Below, in pieces: positions 1-8,224 of a DNA stretch of 64,000 nt; the first letter of the stretch is position 1, and each line of letters starts with the position of its first letter. A program made the translations under genes and the position numbers. Below the pieces are notes generated by a model. It had not been told where the DNA came from, did no database searches, and saw nothing but the letters and a program-made list of their open reading frames with translations. The DNA comes from an uncultured Oscillospiraceae bacterium (lineage in GTDB: Bacteria; Bacillota; Clostridia; Oscillospirales; Ruminococcaceae): contig CASFSP010000038.1 in the NCBI GenBank assembly GCA_949297385.1, forward strand, positions 1,308 through 65,307, given 5' to 3'.

Positions 1-1
1 A

Positions 2-172
2 ATGGCCCTGGGCGTGGGCATGGGCGCAGATATGAGTCAGGGCATGGCCGTGGTTACCATAGGTGGCCTGTCTTACGCCACACTGCTGACGCTGTTCCTG
101 GTGCCGGCGCTGTACGATATTTTCAACCGCAAAGAGATGAAGCGGGTACAGGTGGATTTTGACGATGAATAA
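2..172 (+). CDS. C-terminal end of an RND (AcrB/HAE1-like) efflux permease; 5' end lies outside the window
   Basis: Frame 2 reads MALGVGMGADMSQGMAVVTIGGLSYATLLTLFLVPALYDIFNRKEMKRVQVDFDDE*. A hydrophobic last TM helix followed by a short charged tail is typical of RND pumps. Stop TAA at 170-172. Confidence 0.5.
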   Translation: MALGVGMGADMSQGMAVVTIGGLSYATLLTLFLVPALYDIFNRKEMKRVQVDFDDE

Positions 173-758
173 ATACAGTGAAAAAGAAATACAGATTTTT
201 TCCGGTGTGCTGAAACTGGCCGGGCAGGGAATGGACCTGTCCAGAATTACCGCCCGGCAGATTGCAGATGCCGCCGGAATGGGCAAGGCGACGATATACG
301 ATTACTTCTCCTCCAAGGAGGAAATTGTTTCCGGCGCCATGCTTTACTCGCTGGAAAAGCAGAGGCAGCGGTTTGGGCGGGCAGTGTCCTCTGCCGCAGA
401 TTTTAAAAGCAAGATGATGTGCGTGTACGACGGAGTTATCGACAGTGTGGAAAACAGCAGTTCGCTGTTTAACATGGCGATGGCCGCAAAAGGCGGTATA
501 CAGTCGGACTCTTTTCATAAAGACGGGCGCAGCTGCCCGCTGGAAGGTGCCGCAAAAAATTTTTTCACCGTCATATACAGCATACTGGACTGCGGACGGC
601 AGGAAGGCTGCATAAGGCTGACCGGAGACAGGGTATACACCGACATGGTCATAATCGGCAACATATTTGCTGTTGGCAAAGAGGCCAGGGAAGGCCGCGA
701 AAGCCACAGCCGGATAAAAGCCAAAGCCTTTGAAATGCTGGTAAAGGCCCTGTCCTGA
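165..758 (+). CDS. TetR/AcrR family transcriptional regulator
   Basis: N-terminal HTH: ARQIADAAGMGKATIYDYFSSKEEIV. ATG at 165 overlaps the stop of the upstream pump gene. The track ORF starts at TTG 159. Confidence 0.8.
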   Translation: MNKYSEKEIQIFSGVLKLAGQGMDLSRITARQIADAAGMGKATIYDYFSSKEEIVSGAMLYSLEKQRQRFGRAVSSAADFKSKMMCVYDGVIDSVENSSSLFNMAMAAKGGIQSDSFHKDGRSCPLEGAAKNFFTVIYSILDCGRQEGCIRLTGDRVYTDMVIIGNIFAVGKEAREGRESHSRIKAKAFEMLVKALS

Positions 759-790
759 AAGTTTTGGCCGGCAATAGTGCAGATACAGAT

Positions 791-831
791 AAAAAAATGA
801 CAGCGATTTCACGCTGTCATTTTTATTTTTT
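791..831. terminator. Bidirectional rho-independent terminator between convergent genes
   Basis: Stem ATGACAGCG/CGCTGTCAT (797-805/812-820), flanked by an A-run and a T-run. Confidence 0.75.
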
Positions 832-838
832 GCATAAT

Positions 839-1630
839 TTAATATCTGTAATACATTTTTCCGTCTGTATTATCATACAGCTCTATTATAAGCTCCGGTG
901 CAATCTCTCCGGTTTTCCGAAAAACGGCATCTTTCAGCCGCCGCAGGTTTTCATTGTCCATCTGTCCGAAGGTATACAGGCACAGTGTAGCCGTCTGCCC
1001 GTCAAGGCTTTGGCGCAAAACCATGGAACAATCCCGGCCCCGCAGGTCAAAAATGCCGAAATAGTCCTCATCTTCCCGGGCCGGAATTTCTATTATCTGG
1101 CCGTCAAAATATAAATCTTTGTTTTCTGTTTCGATTATTTCCCGCTGTTTTTCACCCCGTTCTGTCAGCTGTGTGAAAGTGTATGTTCTGGCAAATATAA
1201 GCTGATCCTGTATAAATATCTGCACGGTAAAATCTTTTATTCTGTCACGATACTGCCAGTCTTCATAAGGCAGTATGCCTTCGGTATGAAATCCACCCAG
1301 CCAAAAAGTATCATAGGCATAATCCAGCGCCGAATATATCTGGTGTGCCCCGGCACTGCTGTCAAAATAAAAATCGGCTACAACGCTGTCATTGTCCATA
1401 AATATCCGATGGCTTTGCAAAGCTGTAAGCCCCAGGGCGTTTTGCAGCACAAACATATTTTCATTATCTGTTATATCCTTCCGGCTGTCTTCAACGCGTA
1501 CAGCCATGGCTGCCGGCTCCGGCGGCTGGAAATCTGAATAAAAATCATAGTACTTTGGCTTGTTCTGTGCACATGCACACATACACGCTGCCAGCATCAG
1601 TGCCAAAGCAAAGCAAAAAACTTTTTTCAT
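839..1630 (-). CDS. Hypothetical lipoprotein
   Basis: Signal peptide MKKVFCFALALMLAAC with lipobox LAAC. RBS GGGGAGAG lies upstream of the ATG. No family recognised. Confidence 0.6.
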   Translation of the reverse strand: MKKVFCFALALMLAACMCACAQNKPKYYDFYSDFQPPEPAAMAVRVEDSRKDITDNENMFVLQNALGLTALQSHRIFMDNDSVVADFYFDSSAGAHQIYSALDYAYDTFWLGGFHTEGILPYEDWQYRDRIKDFTVQIFIQDQLIFARTYTFTQLTERGEKQREIIETENKDLYFDGQIIEIPAREDEDYFGIFDLRGRDCSMVLRQSLDGQTATLCLYTFGQMDNENLRRLKDAVFRKTGEIAPELIIELYDNTDGKMYYRY

Positions 1631-1710
1631 TTTACTCTCCCCAAAATTTATGGCATAATTTTACCACACCGTTATTAAATTGGCAAATTTATATTTTTAA
1701 AAAATAATTG

Positions 1711-1762
1711 TTGACAAATAAAGTTGTCATTGCTATAATGTATTTGACAAATAAAGTTGTCA
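1711..1762 (+). promoter_or_regulatory. Consensus sigma-70-type promoter with two identical 19-bp palindromic operators
   Basis: -35 TTGACA at 1711-1716, 17-bp spacer, -10 TATAAT at 1734-1739. TTGACAAATAAAGTTGTCA occurs at 1711-1729 and again at 1744-1762 (TGACA-N8-TGTCA). Confidence 0.8.
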
Positions 1763-1793
1763 AAATGACAAATATAATTGCGAGGTGGTTTTT

Positions 1794-2003
1794 ATGCCGT
1801 TAAACAACAGGCTGAAAGAGTACCGCGCCGGGCTGGGGATAAACCAGCGGCAGCTGGGAGCAATGGTGGGTGCCAGCCGCCAGACCGTCAGCCTTATCGA
1901 GCGCGGTGATTACAGTCCGTCGGTGACTCTGGCGCTGAAAATTGCAAAGGTTTTCTCTGTGTCTGTGGAAGATATATTTACTTATGAGGAGGAAGAAGTA
2001 TGA
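1794..2003 (+). CDS. Short XRE-family HTH transcriptional regulator (about 69 aa)
   Basis: MPLNNRLKEYRAGLGINQRQLGAMVGASRQTVSLIERGDYSPS is a Cro/CI-type HTH. RBS GAGGTG lies 5 nt upstream of ATG 1794. Confidence 0.85.
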   Translation: MPLNNRLKEYRAGLGINQRQLGAMVGASRQTVSLIERGDYSPSVTLALKIAKVFSVSVEDIFTYEEEEV

Positions 2004-2740
2004 AAAAAGAAAATAAGGGTGCCGTAAAATTTTTTGCCGCAATGTTTTTGTCCGCATGTGTGGGCGGGGTGTTCGGCTTTTTGTCCAGCATGTACAACCA
2101 AAGCCTGTCACAGCTGGCAACCCGTGCCATAGACAGCCTGGCTTATGTGGGTATGGCGGGCGTTTATCTGATGTACATACCCTTTGTAATGAGCATAGTT
2201 TTATATAACAGGGCAAAAAAAGCGGCGCCTTCTGCCGGTGAAGACGAGCTGGAGGATGTGGAGAAGATGCTGGAAAAAGCGCTGGTGTATTCCTCCTATT
2301 TTTCCATAGGCGAGATGATTAGTTTTGGCATGATGTGCTGCCGGATGCTGGACATCGTTGAAAGCGGATATTTTATTCCTTTTGGCGGCGCAGTAGTGCT
2401 GTTTACAGTGGGGCTTATAACCACTGTATTGCTGCAAAATGTTATAATCAAGCTGACAAAGCAGATCAACCCGGAAAAAAGAGGCAGTGTGTTTGAGAAA
2501 AATTTCCAGAAAGACTGGTATGACAGCTGTGACGAAAGGGAAAGGGCGGCCATTGGATATGCGGCGTACAAAAGCTACCTGGCCACAACCAAAGCCTTCA
2601 CATGGGTGTTTCTGGCACTTGTTGTGCTGTCGCTGGTGTACCCCATTGGCCCGGCGCCTATGCTGCTGGTGGGTGTGATATGGCTGGTGCAGTCAGTCAC
2701 ATACACAAAATACTGTGACGAAAAGAAAAAGAAAAACTGA
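2000..2740 (+). CDS. Polytopic membrane protein, DUF3169-like partner of the short XRE regulator
   Basis: ATGA start/stop overlap with the regulator. Several hydrophobic helices. The family name is from memory of this gene pairing in Firmicutes. Confidence 0.6.
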   Translation: MKKENKGAVKFFAAMFLSACVGGVFGFLSSMYNQSLSQLATRAIDSLAYVGMAGVYLMYIPFVMSIVLYNRAKKAAPSAGEDELEDVEKMLEKALVYSSYFSIGEMISFGMMCCRMLDIVESGYFIPFGGAVVLFTVGLITTVLLQNVIIKLTKQINPEKRGSVFEKNFQKDWYDSCDERERAAIGYAAYKSYLATTKAFTWVFLALVVLSLVYPIGPAPMLLVGVIWLVQSVTYTKYCDEKKKKN

Positions 2741-2745
2741 TATGA

Positions 2746-2782
2746 AAATCCCCGGCTTTAAAACAGCCGGGGGTTTTGTTTT
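2746..2782 (+). terminator. Rho-independent terminator
   Basis: Stem CCCCGGCT/AGCCGGGG followed by TTTTGTTTT. Confidence 0.75.
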
Positions 2783-2950
2783 GTCAGCTTGTTAAAATAT
2801 ACAGCCACAGAAAAACCTATATGCCGCCGGTCCGCATCCGTAAGTTTACAGTTTATATCTGTCCGCCGCTTTGTGATAAAAGCTTCCGCCGGCGTAATTA
2901 AAAAACTGCAAACCCGGCGTACTTATATCTGCAATCTGCTTTGAGTGCAA

Positions 2951-2980
2951 TAAAAAAGCCGGGCACAAACCCGGCTTTTG
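2951..2980 (-). terminator. Rho-independent terminator of the flavoprotein gene
   Basis: Stem AGCCGGG/CCCGGCT. A T-run follows on the minus strand. Confidence 0.7.
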
Positions 2981-2989
2981 TTATTCAAT

Positions 2990-4930
2990 TTATTTTGCGG
3001 CCTGCCGCAGGCAGTCTGCAACTGCATCCATAATTCTGTTGGATGTGAGTGTTGCGCCTGAAACAGCATCAACATCGCATGTGTTGCCTGCTACAATAGC
3101 AGACGGGATTTTTTCCAGAGCGGAAGAAGCAATGGATTCTGTTTCGTTCTGAGAAACAACCTCTACGGAAGCAATTTTGCCGTCTGTGATAACTGTTTTT
3201 ACAGTCATCGGGCCTTCCTGGCCGTCAACTGTTGCTTCGTATTCACCATCTGTCAGAGGAGTGCTCATATCAAAGCGGCTCTCTGTTGAAACCTCTTCTT
3301 TTGCAAACATATCCTCGGTGATAACTGTCTGAGGTTCTTTCATCTTATAACTGTCGGCAAGTTCTGTTGTCATAGCTGTTCTGGCTGCTATTCTGCCGAA
3401 TACGATCGGACCCATAACGCCTGTACCGCCGGAAACAAATCTGCCCCAAACGCCGCCTACAACTTCACCGGCTGCGTACAGACCGGGGATAACAGCACCA
3501 TCTGCGTCCAGAACCTGACCGCTGGTGTTGGTTTTAACACCGCCCAGTGTCATAACGCACAAAGCTTTCAGAGGTACTGCATAGTATGTATCGCCTTCAA
3601 CTTTGTTTATGGCAAGGTTGTATGTGTTCAAAGAATCTTCTGTGTACTGACGGCCGAACTCGTCGGTTGTCTGTGTTTCAACACATTCGTTGTATTTTTC
3701 AACTGTGGCTACCAGATTTTCTGCCGGCATATCCAGTTTTTCAGCCAGTTCTTCCAGTGAAGAAGCTGTTACAACCAGGTTGTTGTACGGTTTGCCGGGG
3801 CCATAGTAGAAGTTCCAGAATGTTGCAGCACCATTGTCGATAGCTGCCTGGATGATGTCATCTGTAAAGATGTCGTACTGGATGGCGTTTGTCTGTTCTT
3901 CCAGGGCAACTTCTCTGATTTCAACCGCATCTTCGGTTTCATCAACAAAACGGTTGCCTTCCTGGTTTACGCAGATACCGCCCACTTTCCACATGTATGT
4001 GGAAGCAATTTTGCCGGGGCCGTTGCCTGTATCCAGACCCATGGGGAATGTGGGGATGTAACCCATAACTTCCTCATCGATATAAGCACCTACATTCTGC
4101 ATCATGTAGATGCCGTAGCCGTCAGCAGCGCTGGAGCCGCCGGGCAGGTAGCTGGCGCCGTTTTCAGTAAATGTGCCCATCATTTTCAGGTTGCCGGAGT
4201 AGCCGCCTGTTGCCATGATGACACCTCTTGTAGCGTCATAGCGTACTGTTTTACCTTCGCTGTCTGTTGCAATAACGGACAAAACCTGGCCTTTTTCATT
4301 GTTGACCAGCTGTGTGGCTGTTGTTTCAAAATCGATTGTTACCTGGGAGAGTTTTTTAACTTCTGTATCCAGTATCTCATGTGCGGCGCTCTTGTATTTT
4401 GTAGAGTCGTCGGGAGATGCTTTGTATGTTCTCTTCTGTGAGTACAGTGCATGTTCCGGAGCGAAAACGCTCATTGTGCCTGTTTCTCTGTCAGTGGAGA
4501 ACTTGTTGTCGGACAGACCGTTGTCCCACAGCCACTGAATGGCTGCAACATCTTCTTCAACATAAGTTCTGATCATTTCTTCGTCGCCCAGGCCGGCGCC
4601 GTTTTTCAGAATGTCCTGAACATAGGACTCTTTGGTATCTTCGATGCCGTCAATTTCCTGAATGATTGTTTCAGCACCAGACATAGAGCCGCTGGTAAAG
4701 TTCAGTGAACCACCTGTTGTGGAAGTTTTTTCAATGATTATAACGCTTTCAGCACCGTTGTTCACTGCTTCGATAGCAGCGGACAAACCAGCGGCACCTG
4801 CGCCTACGATAACAATATCAGCAGATTTTGTGCTGTCTGCTTCTACTGCCGGCACTTCATTCTTGGGTGCACAGCCTACCATTGAAAAAACCATTGCCAA
4901 TGTCAATATAATAGCAGTTAATTTTTTCAT
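2990..4930 (-). CDS. Lipoprotein-anchored extracytoplasmic flavin reductase (fumarate/urocanate-reductase-like FAD domain plus C-terminal FMN_bind domain)
   Basis: Lipobox MVGC. FAD dinucleotide motif IVIVGAGAAGLSAAIEA. The C-terminal FMN_bind domain ends in DAVSGATLTS; the SGAT flavinylation motif is encoded at 3050-3061. Confidence 0.8.
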   Translation of the reverse strand: MKKLTAIILTLAMVFSMVGCAPKNEVPAVEADSTKSADIVIVGAGAAGLSAAIEAVNNGAESVIIIEKTSTTGGSLNFTSGSMSGAETIIQEIDGIEDTKESYVQDILKNGAGLGDEEMIRTYVEEDVAAIQWLWDNGLSDNKFSTDRETGTMSVFAPEHALYSQKRTYKASPDDSTKYKSAAHEILDTEVKKLSQVTIDFETTATQLVNNEKGQVLSVIATDSEGKTVRYDATRGVIMATGGYSGNLKMMGTFTENGASYLPGGSSAADGYGIYMMQNVGAYIDEEVMGYIPTFPMGLDTGNGPGKIASTYMWKVGGICVNQEGNRFVDETEDAVEIREVALEEQTNAIQYDIFTDDIIQAAIDNGAATFWNFYYGPGKPYNNLVVTASSLEELAEKLDMPAENLVATVEKYNECVETQTTDEFGRQYTEDSLNTYNLAINKVEGDTYYAVPLKALCVMTLGGVKTNTSGQVLDADGAVIPGLYAAGEVVGGVWGRFVSGGTGVMGPIVFGRIAARTAMTTELADSYKMKEPQTVITEDMFAKEEVSTESRFDMSTPLTDGEYEATVDGQEGPMTVKTVITDGKIASVEVVSQNETESIASSALEKIPSAIVAGNTCDVDAVSGATLTSNRIMDAVADCLRQAAK

Positions 4931-5109
4931 GATTTACTCCTTTTAATTGTGTAAAAAGCTTACAATATCAGTTTACTATTTGATATTTTTTTATCAATAG
5001 CAAAATTCGCACAAAAAATACAAAAATCATAACCATATATAATAAAAAAGTTTAAAAAATAATTACTTTTTGATATAATATTGTCAAAGAAAGTGTCAAG
5101 GAGAAGGGT

Positions 5110-5970
5110 ATGAAAAGCGGCATAACACCTTTTGGCAAAAGCGTGACAGCGCAAAACCTGGAAAAACTGGATTTTCGCCTGCTGAATATGGCCTATCTGA
5201 ACGAGTCCAGCGCCAAAAAAAGCCCCAGAGATGTGATGGACAACTTCAAGGCTTTGGTTATGGTAAGCGGCAGTGCCAAAGTGCATATAGGAAAAAATGT
5301 TTATTTTACCTGCGCCGGCGACTGCGTGATGTTTGCGCCGGGTTCGTTGTACTATGCCCGGATAGACGAAGGCCAGCTCTGCCGGCTGGTGGCCATAAAC
5401 TTTTCCGTCGAAGGAAAGGGCGGGCAGGATAAGTTCAGGGAACTGCTGGGAATAAAGGATATAATGATATTCCAATCCCTGGTGCCGGAACACATGCGCA
5501 CTCATCTGGTAAACATTTATGCCGGACGGTATTCAGAGCGGATAGACCAGTATTATGATGCTTTGCTGTCGCTGAAAAGACTGATTGCCATGGCGATAAA
5601 CCGCCACAAATCTCCCGCAAGAAAAGAGTACTATGCTCCAGGCGCAGAGGGCGTTGTACTGCAATGCCACCGCCATATAATAAACAATATGTCGCGGCCG
5701 GTTACGGTAGACGGGCTGTGCCGGCTGTGCAATGTATCGCAAAGTTATCTGTACCGTTGCTTCAAACAGGTTTTTAATATTTCCCCAAAGGAATTTATAC
5801 AAAGCACAAAGCTGGAACATGGCGCCAGGCGGCTGCTTCAGACCGACAAAACCGTAGCCGGCATAGCCGCTGACTGCGGATATGCCAACGGGTACCGGTT
5901 TTCGGCCGCATTCAAAAAACAGTACGGAATTTCTCCGGCAGGATACCGAAAACTGAAAGGTAAAAAGTAA
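5110..5970 (+). CDS. AraC family transcriptional regulator (cupin sensor plus HTH)
   Basis: C-terminal motif IAADCGYANGYRFSAAFKKQYGISPAGYR. Transcribed divergently from the flavin reductase. Confidence 0.85.
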   Translation: MKSGITPFGKSVTAQNLEKLDFRLLNMAYLNESSAKKSPRDVMDNFKALVMVSGSAKVHIGKNVYFTCAGDCVMFAPGSLYYARIDEGQLCRLVAINFSVEGKGGQDKFRELLGIKDIMIFQSLVPEHMRTHLVNIYAGRYSERIDQYYDALLSLKRLIAMAINRHKSPARKEYYAPGAEGVVLQCHRHIINNMSRPVTVDGLCRLCNVSQSYLYRCFKQVFNISPKEFIQSTKLEHGARRLLQTDKTVAGIAADCGYANGYRFSAAFKKQYGISPAGYRKLKGKK

Positions 5971-5986
5971 TTACGGACTTTCAATA

Positions 5987-6019
5987 TAAAAAACTCCCGC
6001 TTTTGCGGGAGTTTTTTTG
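5987..6019. terminator. Bidirectional rho-independent terminator
   Basis: Stem ACTCCCGC-TTTT-GCGGGAGT, flanked by an A-run and a T-run. Confidence 0.8.
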
Positions 6020-6024
6020 TTATA

Positions 6025-7851
6025 TTATTCAACTGTAACGGATTTAGCCAGGTTTCTCGGTTTATCCACATCAAAACCTTTCATGCAGGTTGTATGGTAA
6101 GCTATAAGCTGACCGGGTACAACACTGAGCAGGGGAGTGAGCAGGTCATCCACACGAGGGATGTATATAACCTTGTCGCACACGCTGGCCAGCAGGTTGT
6201 CGCCTTCACAGCCGATGCCTATTACATAGGCGCCGCGGGCTTTTACTTCCTGAATGTTAGACACCATTTTTTCCACCATGGCACTCTGGGTTGAAACAGC
6301 AATAACAGGTGTGCCGTTTTCAATCAGGGCTATGGGACCGTGTTTCAGCTCGCCGGCAGCAAAGCTTTCGGCGTAGATGTAGGATATTTCTTTCAGTTTC
6401 AGTGCCATTTCCTTGGCTGTCTGCATATCCACGCCTCTGCCCAGATAGAACAGGGCAGATTTGTCCTTTATCAGGCTGGCAACTTCTTTTTCCCGGCTGT
6501 CGTCTTTCAGCATTTCTTCCAGAATGTCCGCTGTCTGTTTCAGCTGGTCAATCAGTTCAAAATAATGTTTTTCATTTATTGTGTTTTTTGCCAGGGCCAG
6601 ATTGAGAGCTATCATATAGAAAGCAACCAGCTGTGTGGTGTAAGCCTTGGTGGAGGCAACGGCCACTTCCGGGCCGGCCCAGGTGTAGAACACATCGTCG
6701 CTTTCCCTGGCGATGGAAGAACCTACCACATTGGTGATGGACAGTATTCTGGCGCCTTTGCGTTTGGCTTCGCGCAGTGCGGCCAGGGTGTCGGCGGTTT
6801 CGCCTGACTGGCTGACTACAATTACCAGGGTTTTGTCATCAACAAAGGGGTCCTGATATCTGAATTCGCTGGCTATATCACACATAACCGGTATTCTGGC
6901 CAGTTTTTCTATTGCGTATTTGCCCACACATCCGGCGTGGAAAGCGGTGCCGCAGGCAACCACATAAATTTTGTCAAACTTTTCAATATCTTCTTTTGTC
7001 AGCTTGATATCGTCCAGCTTGATATATCCCTTGGCATCCATACGGGTGTTGATTGTATCCCTGATGCCCTGGGGCTGTTCGTGTATTTCTTTGAGCATAA
7101 AGTGGTCATAACCGCCCTTGGTAGCTGCGTCCAGTGTCCATTCAACGGTGAAGGGCTGTTTGCGCACAACTTCATGTTTTGTATTGTAAACCACCACATT
7201 GTCGGCAGTCACATGGGCGATTTCGCCGTTTTCCAGGAATGCCACATCCCTGGTGTATTCCAGCACAGCCGGAATGTCGCTGGCCACAAAGTTTTCGCCT
7301 TTGCCGTAGCCGATAACCAGCGGAGCTTCGCAGCGCAGGGCTACAAATTCGTGGGGGCTGTCCTGATGTATTGCCAGTATGGCATAGGTACCCCTGATTT
7401 CGCTTTCAACCTTAAAAGCTGTTTTCAGCAGGTCGCCGTCGTAGTAAAGGTCAAACAGATGAGCCACAACCTCGGTATCTGTCTGGCTGCGGAACTGATA
7501 GCCTTTTTCCAGAAGCATGGCTTTCAGTTCCAGATAGTTTTCTATAATGCCGTTGTGTATAACGGCAATTGTCTTGTCCTGATTGAAATGAGGATGTGCG
7601 TTTTCGTCGCTGGGAACGCCGTGGGTAGCCCAACGGGTATGTCCTATTCCTATATTGCCTTCCAGCGGATGGTCTTTAAGATAATTGTCCAGCACGGACA
7701 GTCTGCCTTTGAACTTGGCGCTTTCCATGCCGTTTTTGCCGATTACCGCAATACCTGCGGAATCATATCCTCTGTACTCCAACTTTTCCAGGCCGGAAAT
7801 AATGACCTGCTGGGCGTTGGAATGGCCCACATAACCCACTATACCACACAT
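6025..7851 (-). CDS. glmS: Glutamine--fructose-6-phosphate aminotransferase
   Basis: MCGIVGYVG N-terminal nucleophile, two SIS domains, and a C-terminal ...AKSVTVE. Confidence 0.97.
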   Translation of the reverse strand: MCGIVGYVGHSNAQQVIISGLEKLEYRGYDSAGIAVIGKNGMESAKFKGRLSVLDNYLKDHPLEGNIGIGHTRWATHGVPSDENAHPHFNQDKTIAVIHNGIIENYLELKAMLLEKGYQFRSQTDTEVVAHLFDLYYDGDLLKTAFKVESEIRGTYAILAIHQDSPHEFVALRCEAPLVIGYGKGENFVASDIPAVLEYTRDVAFLENGEIAHVTADNVVVYNTKHEVVRKQPFTVEWTLDAATKGGYDHFMLKEIHEQPQGIRDTINTRMDAKGYIKLDDIKLTKEDIEKFDKIYVVACGTAFHAGCVGKYAIEKLARIPVMCDIASEFRYQDPFVDDKTLVIVVSQSGETADTLAALREAKRKGARILSITNVVGSSIARESDDVFYTWAGPEVAVASTKAYTTQLVAFYMIALNLALAKNTINEKHYFELIDQLKQTADILEEMLKDDSREKEVASLIKDKSALFYLGRGVDMQTAKEMALKLKEISYIYAESFAAGELKHGPIALIENGTPVIAVSTQSAMVEKMVSNIQEVKARGAYVIGIGCEGDNLLASVCDKVIYIPRVDDLLTPLLSVVPGQLIAYHTTCMKGFDVDKPRNLAKSVTVE

Positions 7852-7884
7852 AGTAAGGTCCTCCTTTTTGTATTAAAATTTAAC

Positions 7885-8025
7885 ACAAAAGGCGCGTCCG
7901 GCTTTTTCTGTCAGGGGGCTTTCGCCCCGGTTTTGTAAAGCCGGTAAGACCGCACAGCCTTTAAGGCATCCGCCGAAATTTCGATAACCTTAATCCTCGT
8001 CACCCCACAGGGGTCTGGCGCTTTG
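7885..8025 (-). ncRNA. glmS ribozyme: glmS ribozyme (GlcN6P-dependent self-cleaving riboswitch) in the glmS leader
   Basis: The minus strand reads A|GCGCCAGACCCCUGUGGGGUGACGAGGAUUAAGGUUAUCGAAAUUUCGGCGGAUGCCUUAAAGGCUG..., matching the conserved core AGCGCCAGA...GACGAGGA..GGUUAUCGAA.UUUCGGCGGAUGCC. The predicted cleavage site is near 8021/8022. Confidence 0.9.
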
Positions 8026-8191
8026 ATTTTAAAACTTTTGTGCGATTTTCAGTATATCATCTGCCGATGAAAAAATCAAATTGAAAGAGGCAATATTTAC
8101 TCTTTATTCACAGATTTTCACACTGCTTCCTTTGTTTTTGAAAGTATATTATATATTATGCAACAATAATACATTTTGTGAATTTAGTTTT

Positions 8192-8220
8192 GAAAAAACG
8201 GCGGCCTTTGGCCGCCGCAG
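8192..8220 (-). terminator. Rho-independent terminator of the 1000-aa gene
   Basis: Stem CGGCGGCC-TTT-GGCCGCCG with T-runs on both strands. Confidence 0.75.
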
Positions 8221-8224
8221 TTTT

